A stretch of 64,000 nt of DNA from Blastocatellia bacterium (GCA_963765495.1 CAVXWP010000012.1:32001-96000), one strand, 5' to 3'; numbered from the stretch's first letter, positions 38,023-48,382 are shown. Notes: a model not told the origin generated them from the letters alone. Program-made: numbers and translations.

Positions 38023-39451
38023 CCACTTCTCCATCGCCAAAATTGAAGTGGACAAGCGAACTCAGGTTGAACGCTGTGATCGCGCCTATCCCGCCCAAAA
38101 CTACGCCCCAATCCTGCCATCTGCCCTCAGCGCGCAATCGCTTGCTCAATTTCCAACTCTCGAAGAGGAGGATAGCCATCATAGCGAAATAAAAAGCAAG
38201 CGCGGGCAGCCCCCACCACGTAGCGATTTGAACAGGGGTCGAGTGAAAATGGCCCTGAGGCAATCTTCCATTATCGAACAGCCCGAGTTTTTCTTTGAGA
38301 ATACCCTCGCTTCCCTTGCCTATTCCGACCACGGGATTGTTTTTTATCAATCCCATAGCCTCGCCCCATACCTCTATCCTGTAGGCCGTGCTTCCTTCGT
38401 TTGGGTTGAATATCTGCGAGCCGCGCGAGTGTTCGAGCGCCAGAATTGCAGCCGGGACCAGTAATAACAGACCCAGGACGGCGGCGATCATCGTTCGGCG
38501 GCGAAGGCTTATGACGGCCATAACCATTGTGGCAAGTCCCAGCCCCGCCATCGCCGCTCGCGTGGATGTCAAGACGAGTGCCGCCGTTATCAGGATGATC
38601 GAGACTCCGAGGAAAAGAGACCTGGCCGATCTCTTGTCGGGCTGCGCAATCAAAAGACCTATGGCCAGAGACGCTATAATCTGAAGCACTTCGGCATAGG
38701 TTTCATAGTGGCTGTATAGACCCGTGATGCGAAAGCTCCTGCCCGGAGAAGCGGTCAGCCCCAATCGCTCGACGCCTTCGAGAGGTAATTTCTTGATGGC
38801 CCGCCTCGACACCGAAGCCTGATTGACGGCCTCATCTTTCTGGTAAGTGATCGTTATCCTTCCGCGTTGAGCATCGACGGCAGCCGACAGATCTTCAAGT
38901 GTGGCGATACTCTTTCCATCCGCCTCGGTGATTACGTCGCCGACCTGCAAACCGGCTCTGGCAAACGGCCCGTGCGGGGTCAGGCTGTCTATCCTGAGCC
39001 CCCTTCCAACGGCAAGCTGCCCGGCGCTGTAAGCCACGTTAAACAGACACGACGCCACGATTGCCACCGCAAGCATTCGCGCAAACTTCAGGCTTGTAAC
39101 TTTATTGCTGACAAAATAAAAGGCGAGAAAAAAGGCTGGGCTTCTCAACCCCTTGATGCTCGTATAAGGATCGTATGAGAGAAAGGATGAGATGACGGCG
39201 CAGGCGAAAAATCCGAGAAGCGCTATGTCGAGCGGGGATTTCTTCAGAGGGAATCGCCTGGTTGCAACCATTTGCACGGCCCAGGCCAGAAGCCCCAGCA
39301 AGAAACTGCCCTGAGTTATGGCTATCGAGTGCGGCGCAAACAGCGCATACATTACCAGCGAAAATATGATTATTGATTCGGTAATCCGATAAATTCGCTG
39401 ATTGCCAATTTCAGGTGGGGGGGAAGCGGTGTTATTTGTCAATCTATTCAA
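37832..39451 (-). CDS. O-antigen ligase (Wzy_C) family protein with inserted PDZ domain
   Basis: LTSTRAA, R..VW, NPVVGIG and HFHS motifs; PDZ segment GPFARAGLQVGDVI. Confidence 0.85.
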   Translation of the reverse strand: MNRLTNNTASPPPEIGNQRIYRITESIIIFSLVMYALFAPHSIAITQGSFLLGLLAWAVQMVATRRFPLKKSPLDIALLGFFACAVISSFLSYDPYTSIKGLRSPAFFLAFYFVSNKVTSLKFARMLAVAIVASCLFNVAYSAGQLAVGRGLRIDSLTPHGPFARAGLQVGDVITEADGKSIATLEDLSAAVDAQRGRITITYQKDEAVNQASVSRRAIKKLPLEGVERLGLTASPGRSFRITGLYSHYETYAEVLQIIASLAIGLLIAQPDKRSARSLFLGVSIILITAALVLTSTRAAMAGLGLATMVMAVISLRRRTMIAAVLGLLLLVPAAILALEHSRGSQIFNPNEGSTAYRIEVWGEAMGLIKNNPVVGIGKGSEGILKEKLGLFDNGRLPQGHFHSTPVQIATWWGLPALAFYFAMMAILLFESWKLSKRLRAEGRWQDWGVVLGGIGAITAFNLSSLVHFNFGDGEVVMAFWLMAGLVFAIRRLTLEAPTTETEPDKSAMQTIERLDKNQPPAQEAAAELNARAAKARLH

Positions 39452-39539
39452 CCTCTATAATCCATATCGTGGCAACCATTCTCAAACCTTGTAAGGAAGA
39501 CCTATTTTATGTTGCGCTCATCCGCAAATCAATCCCGCA

Positions 39540-39614
39540 ACAGGGTTTACAGGATGGCGGAGGATTGAGAAGATTTCTAGCCCTGTCAATTCTCCATCAT
39601 CTTGTAAACCCCGT
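39540..39614. repeat. Imperfect inverted ACAGGAT-type (~9-mer) element
   Basis: ACAGGGTTTACAGGATG ... CATCTTGTAAACCCCGT. Confidence 0.65.
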
Positions 39615-39616
39615 CT

Positions 39617-39657
39617 AAAAAAACGCAACCATGAGACACTGATGTCTCATGGTTGCG
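39617..39657 (-). terminator. Intrinsic terminator
   Basis: CGCAACCATGAGACA/TGTCTCATGGTTGCG 15-bp stem followed by a T-run on the minus strand. Confidence 0.75.
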
Positions 39658-39727
39658 CATAGTAAAGCCCCTGTTGCCCGGATGGTTCCGAGCAGACTGT
39701 AACTATATAGGCAGCCGGATAGTGAGC

Positions 39728-39765
39728 TTTCTGCTCAGTCTTTCTGCTCAGTCTTTCTGCTCAGT
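39728..39765. repeat. Tandem repeat, 3 x 13 bp (CTTTCTGCTCAGT)
   Basis: Direct reading; overlaps the stop codon of the 39761 gene. Confidence 0.85.
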
Positions 39766-39982
39766 GGCTTTTTTCTCCGCCCTTGCGACTCGACTCGTGA
39801 GTGTCCTTGTGCCCGCGACCGCTGCCGGATTTATTGCCGCCGCCGGATTCCTTGTTGACCGTAGCCCAGCCACGGCTTTTGGCCTCTTTTTCTGATACGC
39901 CGCGATCTTCGTAGCCCTCGGCTATGTGCTCGGCCTGGCGTTTCTGCTTGTCTGTGTATTTATCTTTATCTCCTCTTGGCAT
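39761..39982 (-). CDS. Small hydrophilic stress-type protein (MPRGDK..YTDKQKRQAEHI family)
   Basis: MPRGDKDKYTDKQKRQAEHIAEGYEDRGVSEKEA..WATVNKESGGG; AAGGAG SD. Confidence 0.85.
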   Translation of the reverse strand: MPRGDKDKYTDKQKRQAEHIAEGYEDRGVSEKEAKSRGWATVNKESGGGNKSGSGRGHKDTHESSRKGGEKSH

Positions 39983-40065
39983 CTTTTCTTGCTCCTTTCC
40001 TTTTCCCCTCTTGCTCGTAGTGTCGCTGTTCCCAACTATTCGTATGAATAGCCATAATTCTCGAT

Positions 40066-40081
40066 TGCAATTCCAATGCCG
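40066..40081 (-). promoter_or_regulatory. Sigma54 (-24/-12) promoter
   Basis: CGGCATTGGAATTGCA with GG-N10-GC spacing, about 85 nt upstream of ATG 39982. Confidence 0.55.
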
Positions 40082-40173
40082 AAAGCAAATTAAGAACGAT
40101 GACGCCCGCCGGGAAAGGAGTTTGCTTGAGCATTTCGGCCCGATAGGCAATTATCTACAGTTGAGGAGCATTG

Positions 40174-42948
40174 ATGTACATACCCACGGCGACCTACAGA
40201 ATTCAATTCCATTCTGCGTTTGGTTTCAAATCGGCGGAAGGTATCGTTTCGTATCTGTCGGACCTCGGGGTCTCCACCCTTTATGCATCGCCAATCTTTA
40301 AAGCGCGCAAGGCAAGCGCCCACGGCTATGACGTAACCGATACCAATCAGCTAAACCCGGAAGTGGGGACGAGGGAAGATTTTGAGTCTCTTATAACAAC
40401 CCTGCACCGGCAGGGGCTCGGATGGTTGCAGGATTTTGTTCCAAATCACATGGCATATGACAGCAGCAACCATATGCTTATGGACATCTTTGAGAAGGGG
40501 CCGCATTCGCCTTATTTCGAGTTCTTTGATGTCGTCTGGGACCACCTGAGATTGAATTTGCGCGGCAAGCTCATAGCGCCTTTTCTGGGGCGTCCATACG
40601 GCGAGGCGCTCGAACACGGTGAGATTTCGCTCGAACTGGGCGAGCAGGGCTTTTCGGCCAGGTATTATGACAAGGTCTATCCGATTCGCATCGAATCCTA
40701 TGCCGAAATCATCTCTTTCGGTCTTGATCGGCTGAAGGAACAACTCGGCGAGGAAGACCCGGATTACATAAAAATAGCGGGCATCATACACATTCTGGAA
40801 ACGTTCGATTCGGCAGAATCCGACGAGATACGAAACATCCAGATCAGGCTCGCAAAGGATTTGTTCCAGGAGGTCTATCAGAAAAATTCGGTGGTTCGAG
40901 CTTTCCTTGACGGGAACGTAGCTGAGTTTAATCAAAACATCGACCTGCTCGACAGTCTGCTCGTGCAGCAATGGTTCCTCTTTGCTTACTGGCGGCTGGC
41001 TACGAAAGAGATCAACTATCAGCGATTCTTCAGCGTCAACGAGCTTATCTCTCTGAGGATCGAACAGCCGAGCGTATTCGATCACATCCATTCGCTGGTG
41101 CTCGAACTGCTCGAGTCGGGCCAGATAGATGGCCTTCGAATTGATCATGTAGACGGGCTCTATGATCCTACGATGTATCTGCGCCGCCTCAGACACAAGG
41201 CCGGAGACGCCTTTCTGGTTGTGGAAAAGATACTGGAGATGTCGGAGGCGCTTCCCAACCGCTGGCCAATCGAGGGCACAACCGGCTATGAGTTTTTGAA
41301 TTACGTAAACGGGCTGTTTGTATACGCAGACAGTCGAGATGCGTTTCATCGCATATACGAGCGATTTGCCGGAGTATCCGATTCTCTGGAAGAGCTTCTT
41401 TACGAAAAGAAACAACTCATCATCGAGCGCCATATGACGGGCGATCTCGACAATCTGGCTCATCATTTGAAGAAAGTTTCGACCACAACCCGCGACGGCA
41501 TTGACCTGACTATGGAAGGGTTGAAGCGGGCAGTGGTGGAATTTTCCTGTCTGTTTCCGATCTACAGGACTTATATAAACAGCGAGACGATAACCGACCG
41601 GGACATAAGGTATGTGCGCGAGGCGATAGCAAGTGCTAAAGAAAAGAATCCCGAGCCTGCGCGCGAACTCGCCTTTCTTGAGAAGGTGCTGTTGCTTGAT
41701 CTGCCCAAACATCTGGCCGACGAAGACCACAGCCTCTGGCTCTCATTCGTCATGAGATTTCAGCAGTATACAAGCCCGCTTATGGCCAAGGGGCTTGAAG
41801 ATACGACTTTTTATGTTTACAACAACCTGATCTCGCTAAACGAAGTGGGCGGCAATCCCGACAGATTCTCCATCCCTGCGGAAGACTTTCACGCCTTCAA
41901 CCACCAGAGGAGCGAGAATTATCCGCATACGATCAACACCACCTCGACTCACGACACAAAGAGAGGCGAGGACGTGCGGGCGCGCATCAATGTGCTTTCC
42001 GAGATTCCCGATGAATGGGAAGCACAGGTAAAACTCTGGCGCGAGCAGAATCTCGCCCATAAGACCCTCATAAGAGGTTGTGAAGCGCCCGACCGCAATC
42101 GCGAATATTTTCTCTATCAAACGATCGTGGGCACTTTCCCCTTTGAGGCGTCTGAGCGCGAGCCGTTCGTCGGGCGTATAAAAGATTACGTGATAAAGGC
42201 GGCCAGAGAGGCAAAGACTTATACCAACTGGCTCGACCCCGACACCGAGTACGAACGGGCGTTGGTCGGTTTCACCGAGGCTATTCTCACGCCCTCGCCT
42301 TCCAATAAATTTTTAGAGAACCTCGCTGATTTTCAAAAGAAGGTTGCGCATTACGGCATATTCAATTCACTGGCTCAGACCGTGCTCAAGATAACATCTC
42401 CGGGGCTGCCCGATTTCTATCAGGGCAGCGAACTCTGGGACCTCACACTGGTTGACCCGGATAACCGCCGCCCGGTTGATTTCAGCAGACGCAGAGAAAT
42501 TCTAAGGCATATAAAAGAGAGAGAATCATCGCTTTTGCCGCTCGTCGAAGAATTGCTATCCACAAAAGAAGACGGGCGCGTAAAGCTGTTCACGATTTAC
42601 AGGGCGCTTGGCGCAAGAAATCTCAATCGCGAGTTATTCGAGCGCGGCGATTACACGGGGTTGAAAACTTCCGGCAAGCAGCGCGCAAGCGTGATCGCAT
42701 TCGCAAGACGGATAGAAAACAGATGGGTGGTAATCGTAGTCCCTAGGTTTTTGACATCTCTCATAAAGAGAGACGAGCTGCCGCTTGGCGAAAGTGTCTG
42801 GCAAGACACTCGTATAGAATTGCCCGCTGGCGCGCCCGGCGCGTGGCGCGATGCGTTTACAGATCAGATCAAAGAGAGCAACTCCGGGCTATTGGCAGCC
42901 GAAGTATTCCGCCATTTCCCCGTGAGCTTTTTACTTGGACAGAATTGA
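40174..42948 (+). CDS. treY: Malto-oligosyltrehalose synthase (GH13)
   Basis: PTATYRIQ, HGYDV, DFVPNHM, GLRIDHVDGL, VEKIL, STHDTKRGED and LVDPDNRRPVDF. Confidence 0.96.
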   Translation: MYIPTATYRIQFHSAFGFKSAEGIVSYLSDLGVSTLYASPIFKARKASAHGYDVTDTNQLNPEVGTREDFESLITTLHRQGLGWLQDFVPNHMAYDSSNHMLMDIFEKGPHSPYFEFFDVVWDHLRLNLRGKLIAPFLGRPYGEALEHGEISLELGEQGFSARYYDKVYPIRIESYAEIISFGLDRLKEQLGEEDPDYIKIAGIIHILETFDSAESDEIRNIQIRLAKDLFQEVYQKNSVVRAFLDGNVAEFNQNIDLLDSLLVQQWFLFAYWRLATKEINYQRFFSVNELISLRIEQPSVFDHIHSLVLELLESGQIDGLRIDHVDGLYDPTMYLRRLRHKAGDAFLVVEKILEMSEALPNRWPIEGTTGYEFLNYVNGLFVYADSRDAFHRIYERFAGVSDSLEELLYEKKQLIIERHMTGDLDNLAHHLKKVSTTTRDGIDLTMEGLKRAVVEFSCLFPIYRTYINSETITDRDIRYVREAIASAKEKNPEPARELAFLEKVLLLDLPKHLADEDHSLWLSFVMRFQQYTSPLMAKGLEDTTFYVYNNLISLNEVGGNPDRFSIPAEDFHAFNHQRSENYPHTINTTSTHDTKRGEDVRARINVLSEIPDEWEAQVKLWREQNLAHKTLIRGCEAPDRNREYFLYQTIVGTFPFEASEREPFVGRIKDYVIKAAREAKTYTNWLDPDTEYERALVGFTEAILTPSPSNKFLENLADFQKKVAHYGIFNSLAQTVLKITSPGLPDFYQGSELWDLTLVDPDNRRPVDFSRRREILRHIKERESSLLPLVEELLSTKEDGRVKLFTIYRALGARNLNRELFERGDYTGLKTSGKQRASVIAFARRIENRWVVIVVPRFLTSLIKRDELPLGESVWQDTRIELPAGAPGAWRDAFTDQIKESNSGLLAAEVFRHFPVSFLLGQN

Positions 42949-43000
42949 CAGGGTTCAACTCAAAATAATCGAGCCTTGCATTCAAAGTCTGGAGATCGCG

Positions 43001-43759
43001 GTGAAAATTACAATACTCGGATCAGGGACGGTGGTGCCGGATGGAGCGAGAAACTCGGCGGGTTATTTCGTCGAAATGTCCGGCGCAAGCGTGATGCTCG
43101 ATTGCGGCGCGGGAACCGTTCACGCGCTTGCGCGGTTCAACCTCGCCTGGGAAGAGATGTCACATCTTTTCATCAGCCACTTTCACGTAGACCACGCGGG
43201 TGAACTGGCCTCGCTTTTTTTCGCCTTCAAGTACGGCATGCGAACCCGGCGCAGCAAGCCTTTTACTCTGATCGGTCCCGTGGGGCTTGACCGCGTGATG
43301 AACGGGTTGAAGGAGGCGTTCGGGTCGAATCTGTTCGAAACAAAATTTCCATTTGAGCTTCAAATGCTTGCGCCGGGCGCGAGCCTTGAGCTTGGAGACA
43401 ATTGTCGGCTGACGGTCGCCAAGACTCCTCACACCGAAGAGAGCCTCGCCGTAAGGATTGAGAGCCGTGACGCGTCGGTCTGCTACACGGGCGATACCGA
43501 TTACAGCGAGAGGCTGGCAAACTTTTTCAATGAGGCTGATTTGCTTATCTCCGAGTGCTCGTTCGAGGAGCGACGCGAAGGCGTTCCGCATCTGTCGGTC
43601 AAAGACGTAACCAGGCTTGCCGGTGAATCGAAGGTCGCGCGCCTTATCGTCACTCATTTCTATTTCGATGTAGACGAGGCGGATTTGAAAGACCGGCTGC
43701 AACAGGATTTTTCGGGCGAAGTGATAATCGGCAGAGACGGCTTGAGCGTTCTTATTTAG
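43001..43759 (+). CDS. Metallo-beta-lactamase fold hydrolase (RNase Z/BN-like)
   Basis: ILGSG, LDCG, SHFHVDH, YTGDT and THF motifs; GTG start with GGAG SD. Confidence 0.88.
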   Translation: MKITILGSGTVVPDGARNSAGYFVEMSGASVMLDCGAGTVHALARFNLAWEEMSHLFISHFHVDHAGELASLFFAFKYGMRTRRSKPFTLIGPVGLDRVMNGLKEAFGSNLFETKFPFELQMLAPGASLELGDNCRLTVAKTPHTEESLAVRIESRDASVCYTGDTDYSERLANFFNEADLLISECSFEERREGVPHLSVKDVTRLAGESKVARLIVTHFYFDVDEADLKDRLQQDFSGEVIIGRDGLSVLI

Positions 43760-43820
43760 GGCGACATTTTTCCAATCGAGATTCGAGATTTGAAATCTCA
43801 GACACGAGAGGGCGCATAAT

Positions 43821-45293
43821 ATGAAAAAGATTCGTTTTCACATATCCGTTGTCATCATCGTCTGGTTAACCTGCGGCTCGATCAACCTTTTCGGGCAGGA
43901 GGGCGCAGGCAGGCAAACCAAACAGACCGATCAGGTTGCGCAGCCAAAAACAGACGCACACGTCATAATGATCTCGATTGACGGGCTTGTGCCGGATTAT
44001 TACACGCGACCCGCGCAGCTTGGATTAAAGGTGCCGAACCTCGTCAGGATGAAACTCAACGGCGCGTACGCCGACGGGGTAGAGGGTGTTTATCCTTCGG
44101 TGACTTACCCCTCGCATACGACGCTCGTGACGGGGGTGAGACCGGCTACGCATGGCATAATCCAGAACCGCATCTTTGAAGCGCCTACTGATGAGCAGAC
44201 GCGCGAGTGGTACTGGTTTGCCGGTGCGATAAAAAGCGAGACTTTGTGGGGGCTGGCAAAGAAAGCCGGGCTTGTGACCGCTGCCGTCGGCTGGCCGGTC
44301 ACGGTCGAAGCCGATATAGATTACAATGTGCCCGAGATAGTCGATCCCAAAGAAAATCCTCCCACACCCAAACGATCCATCCAGTACTCAACGCCCGGAC
44401 TGATTGCGAATGCGGCAGCAGGGTTGAGCAGCGAGACGACCACCGACGGTCGCCGCACGGCAATCAGCGAATACATCATCAATACTTATAGACCTGATCT
44501 GATGTTGATTCATCTTGTCGAGCTTGATTCCTCGCATCACAAAAATGGGCCTCGCACACCCGGCGCGCTCGAAACCGCTGAGCGCGAAGACGGGTTTATA
44601 GGTCGCATAATCGAAGCCACTCGCAAGGCAGGTATATTCGACAAGACAACTTTTTTCCTGGTCTCAGATCATGGCTTTGCCGAGGTGAAAAAGAAATTTG
44701 AACCGGGCGTAGAACTGGTCAAGGCAAAGCTGATAACACTTGGCGCGGAGGGAAAGCCTACGGATTGGAAGGCCGCCGCGTGGCCTGCGGGCGGGTCGTG
44801 CGCTATCGTCCTGCGCGACCCGAAAGACAAAGAGACTGCCCAGAAAGTCGCGGACCTGTTTTCGAAAATCGCCGAGCGCAGCACCGGCCCCATCAATCGC
44901 ATTCTCACAAAAGAGAGCCTGCAAAAACTGGGTGCCGTCCCGACCGCCGAGTTGATGCTTGAGGCGGCTCCGGGCTATGCCTTTGGCGAAGAACTCACCG
45001 GGCCTGAGATTCACGATTCGAAGGATTATCGAGGCACGCACGGGCAGTTGCCAAGCCGGGCCGAGATGCGCTCCTCGCTGATAATATTTGGCCGCGACGC
45101 GCGAATCGGCGCGCATCTCGGGGTTGCGCGAATGATTGATATAGCGCCTACGATAGCGCCGCTGCTGGGCCTGAGCTTTACAGAGGCCGAAGGAAGCGCG
45201 ATGAAAGAGATGCTCAAACCCGGCCTTGTGCCAGCCGCAAAACCCGCAAAGAAAAGAGGCGAAAAAAGAGAGAAGCCGGTAAAAAACGACTGA
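43821..45293 (+). CDS. Exported nucleotide pyrophosphatase/phosphodiesterase (alkaline phosphatase superfamily)
   Basis: ISIDG, PSVTYPSH, DSSHH, SDHG and GTHG motifs. Confidence 0.9.
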   Translation: MKKIRFHISVVIIVWLTCGSINLFGQEGAGRQTKQTDQVAQPKTDAHVIMISIDGLVPDYYTRPAQLGLKVPNLVRMKLNGAYADGVEGVYPSVTYPSHTTLVTGVRPATHGIIQNRIFEAPTDEQTREWYWFAGAIKSETLWGLAKKAGLVTAAVGWPVTVEADIDYNVPEIVDPKENPPTPKRSIQYSTPGLIANAAAGLSSETTTDGRRTAISEYIINTYRPDLMLIHLVELDSSHHKNGPRTPGALETAEREDGFIGRIIEATRKAGIFDKTTFFLVSDHGFAEVKKKFEPGVELVKAKLITLGAEGKPTDWKAAAWPAGGSCAIVLRDPKDKETAQKVADLFSKIAERSTGPINRILTKESLQKLGAVPTAELMLEAAPGYAFGEELTGPEIHDSKDYRGTHGQLPSRAEMRSSLIIFGRDARIGAHLGVARMIDIAPTIAPLLGLSFTEAEGSAMKEMLKPGLVPAAKPAKKRGEKREKPVKND

Positions 45294-45345
45294 AAGCCGT
45301 TTTGCGACGGGACCATTCAGACCCCAAAGTGTAGATGAGGAAAAT

Positions 45346-45453
45346 GGAAATAGGCCGCGGATGAACGCGGATCAGGCGGATTTACGCGGATCTGACATTA
45401 TTTGATCTAATCTATGTTTATCCGTCTAATCCGTGTCATCCGTGGCCTATTCC
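45346..45453. repeat. Inverted ~9-mer element (..GCGGAT)n ... (ATCCGT..)n
   Basis: GGAAATAGGCCGCGGATGAACGCGGATCAGGCGGAT ... ATCCGTCTAATCCGTGTCATCCGTGGCCTATTCC. Confidence 0.8.
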
Positions 45454-45656
45454 CCACTCGCTTTTCGTTCAAATTAACCTGCAAAATTATTACGCCTGTT
45501 GCCCGCTGTTTAAATACGGATTGATTCCGGTTCTGCGATAACCATCGACACGCAAGAATCCTCATATCATCGTTCTAAATTCTGTAGTGTCAATTTGTCG
45601 ATCTCCTGCTCAAAAGTCCTCTGTGTTGAAGCCGACTTTTGCAGATGATATGATTT

Positions 45657-47102
45657 ATGTCGAGGTTTCTTATAAAAATGCGTCTCTCTGTGCTTATCGT
45701 TTCCGGTATTCTTGTCTTATTTACCGCCCGAGCGCCACACTCTTTCGCCCAGCACCCGGACCACACCGACCCGAGGCAAAAGGCCGCCGTCGCCTTTGAT
45801 GAAGGCCAAAATGCGCAGGAACGCGGAGACATGCTTTCGGCGGTAAAATTTTATACGGATGCCATCAATGCTGCCCCCACTATGTTTCAAATCTATTATC
45901 AGCGGGCAACGGCGCTCATCGCGCTCTCGCGCGAAAGCGAAGCCGAAGCGGATTTGAAAAAAGTGATCGAGCTGAACGCAGATTTCGCCCGCGCTCACCG
46001 CGCGCTCGGCCAGCTTTTACTCGATCGCGGGATAACCGATGACGCCCTCAGAGAATTTGCGCGAGCCATCGAACTCGACCCGAAGCTGACCGGCGTGCGC
46101 ATCTATTACGCCAGCGCGCTCATAAAGAATAATCAGCCTGCCAAAGCCATCGAACATCTTAGAGCCGCGCTTGAACAGAATGAATCTCCGGCTCTGGCCC
46201 ACGCGCTTCTGGGCATAGCGGAAGAGCGTACGGGGAAACCCGATGACGCCTTTAATGATTACTCTCGCGCCATCGAAATGGATGCCGGTATCGCGCCCGC
46301 GCGTGAAGGCCGCGCCCGTCTCTTTGAGGCAAAAGGCGAGACGGCGAAAGCCATAGAAGATTACACAATCGCTTATCGCGCGCAGCCGTCGCCGGAACTT
46401 GCGCGCAAGCTTGCGGATCTGCACGCCCGCGCAGGCCAGGCACAGGCGGCCATACAGCTGTATCGCGGATTGCTTCTGGAAAAACCCGACGATCTGGGCG
46501 TGCGAGCCGAAATGCTTCGCCTGATGATTGAGAACGGGCAGGCCGAAGAGGCTACTCGCGAGCTTAAGAAGATTCTGGCCGCAAGCCCGGCAAACGCAAA
46601 GTTGCTCACGCTCGCAGGCGACATATACCTTGCCGATAAGCCCGAAGAGGCGGCCGAGTATTATCGCCGCGCCGTCGAGTTGAGCCCGGATGACAACCGG
46701 GCGCGCGTGCAACTTGGGGCCGCGCTCACACGTTCATCGCAGTTTGAAGTCGCATTGCCTGTGCTCGCCGATGCCATTTCGCGGGAAGAGAACAACTATG
46801 CGGCGCACGCCAATCTCGCCACCGCGCTCTTCAAGCTGAAGCGATACCCTCAGGCGGCGGCCGAGTTTATTTGGGTGTTGAAACAAAAGCCCGACATCCC
46901 GGCCAGCTACTTTTTTCTGGCTATATCGCTCGACCGCATAGGCGATTGCGAGCAGGCCGTGCGCGCCTACCAGGCATTCACGCGCATAGCCGATCCGGCC
47001 GCAAACAAAGAAGAGATCGAAGAAGCGAACATACGTTTGAGCCTGCTTGAAAAGCTGGTCAAAAGCGGGAAATGTAAATCGCTGGTCAAGGGGAAGCAAT
47101 GA
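45657..47102 (+). CDS. Exported TPR-repeat protein
   Basis: Signal peptide and about ten TPR-like repeats. Confidence 0.88.
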   Translation: MSRFLIKMRLSVLIVSGILVLFTARAPHSFAQHPDHTDPRQKAAVAFDEGQNAQERGDMLSAVKFYTDAINAAPTMFQIYYQRATALIALSRESEAEADLKKVIELNADFARAHRALGQLLLDRGITDDALREFARAIELDPKLTGVRIYYASALIKNNQPAKAIEHLRAALEQNESPALAHALLGIAEERTGKPDDAFNDYSRAIEMDAGIAPAREGRARLFEAKGETAKAIEDYTIAYRAQPSPELARKLADLHARAGQAQAAIQLYRGLLLEKPDDLGVRAEMLRLMIENGQAEEATRELKKILAASPANAKLLTLAGDIYLADKPEEAAEYYRRAVELSPDDNRARVQLGAALTRSSQFEVALPVLADAISREENNYAAHANLATALFKLKRYPQAAAEFIWVLKQKPDIPASYFFLAISLDRIGDCEQAVRAYQAFTRIADPAANKEEIEEANIRLSLLEKLVKSGKCKSLVKGKQ

Positions 47103-48258
47103 TGAAGCGCCAATCCGGTCATATTCGTTTACAAGCGCTCGCCCGCCTGATGCAGATCGCCTTGCTGATGGCCTGCGCACTTTTTGCTGGGACGGCAAAG
47201 GCTCAACCGCAGGAGTCAGAGTCGCAGTATCCGCCTCTTCCGGTCAATCCCGCGCCGCTGTCGGAATTGATGAGCGCGCAGGAGATGGCGCAACTCAAGA
47301 AGGCAGACAGCCCTAAAGAACAGATTGAGACTTATCTCAAACTTTCGGACGCGCATCTTGATACGGCTCTCAATGCCATAAAAAACAGGAACAGGCTCCA
47401 ACAGCAGAGCTTGAGCTCGATATTTACAACAAGATACTGGCAGCAGCAGCGAAAACCGCCTTCACAAACCAGAAAGACAGAAGAAAACTGACCAAGAAGA
47501 TAGAGCAGCGTCTCTATCGCCACATCAAAACGCTCGAGGTCATCGAGCGCCTCTTTCCAATCGAGCGCCTCGCCTTTGCCGAAGCGGCGCTCAAGAAGAC
47601 AAAGCAGTTGCGCATACAATCGCTCAACGAGACATTCGATTCCGGTGATGTGCTTCACGTCCCCTCAAAAGAGAAGAAGCCGTCCAACGATTCGCCCGGC
47701 AAAAGCGGAGGGGTTCGGCTATCAAACCCGTCGGGTGCGATGTCTTTCGTCGCCCGAGGCGCACATCGGCCCGCGCAAATTCCCGGAGATTATCTAAACG
47801 AAGAGGAAGACGATTTTGTGAGGATCGCGCAGGAACCTGACGACCGTGTAAAAGTCTTCATGAAGATAGCCGACCGCCGTCTTGAAGCCATCACGGGAGC
47901 CCCCGCCCCGACAGGCGATCAGAAGACACAGGAAAAGGCCCGCAAGAAGGCCGAAGAAGAGGCGCGCAGATGGGGCGAGGTGCCAAAGGTCGAGCGATAT
48001 GTCTTGTTGCAGCATTACACGCGTGCGCTCGATGAAGCCACAGCGAAACTCGAAGACGCTCACGAACGCAACCCGAAAAATTCAGCCCTCCCGCGTGCGC
48101 TCAACATATTGCGAGAGTCTACGGACCGGCAACTGAAAATACTCCACTCGCTCGAAGGCCAGATGAAAAACGAGAACGAATCTGTTGCGCTCAAAGAGGC
48201 CATAGCCGAAGCCGAATTTGTAAATCAGGCGGCGCGAAAGGGTCTGGAGGCAAAGTAA
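47099..48258 (+). pseudogene. Exported helical protein interrupted by a -1 frameshift at 47380-47386 (pseudogene, programmed frameshift or sequencing error)
   Basis: The -1 frame is open from 47386 (QEQAPTAELELDIYNKIL...) through to the 47608-48258 ORF; the two halves share a similar motif. Confidence 0.7.
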
Positions 48259-48287
48259 CGGCGGAAGACCCGGTTGAGTTTTGAGTC

Positions 48288-48342
48288 TTCAGATTTCAGG
48301 TCCCAAATTTCAGGTCCCAAATTTCAGGTCTCAGATCCCAGA
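48288..48342. repeat. 7/14-bp tandem array (ATTTCAG GTCCCAA)
   Basis: TTCAGATTTCAGGTCCCAAATTTCAGGTCCCAAATTTCAGGTCTCAGATCCCAG. Confidence 0.75.
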
Positions 48343-48354
48343 TAAATCGAGGCT

Positions 48355-48382
48355 GTAACCGAAAAGAAAGAATCGGTGTCTT
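48355..48382 (+). promoter_or_regulatory. Putative ECF promoter
   Basis: TGTAACC ... GTGTCT upstream of the Spy/CpxP-ECF operon. Confidence 0.4.

Noticed and set aside
40351-41730. 459-aa antisense ORF within treY (and similar long shadow ORFs, e.g. 5988..6947, 10012..10884, 33679..34596)
   Set aside because: These are mirror-frame ORFs expected from codon bias opposite well-supported genes; they carry no recognisable motifs.
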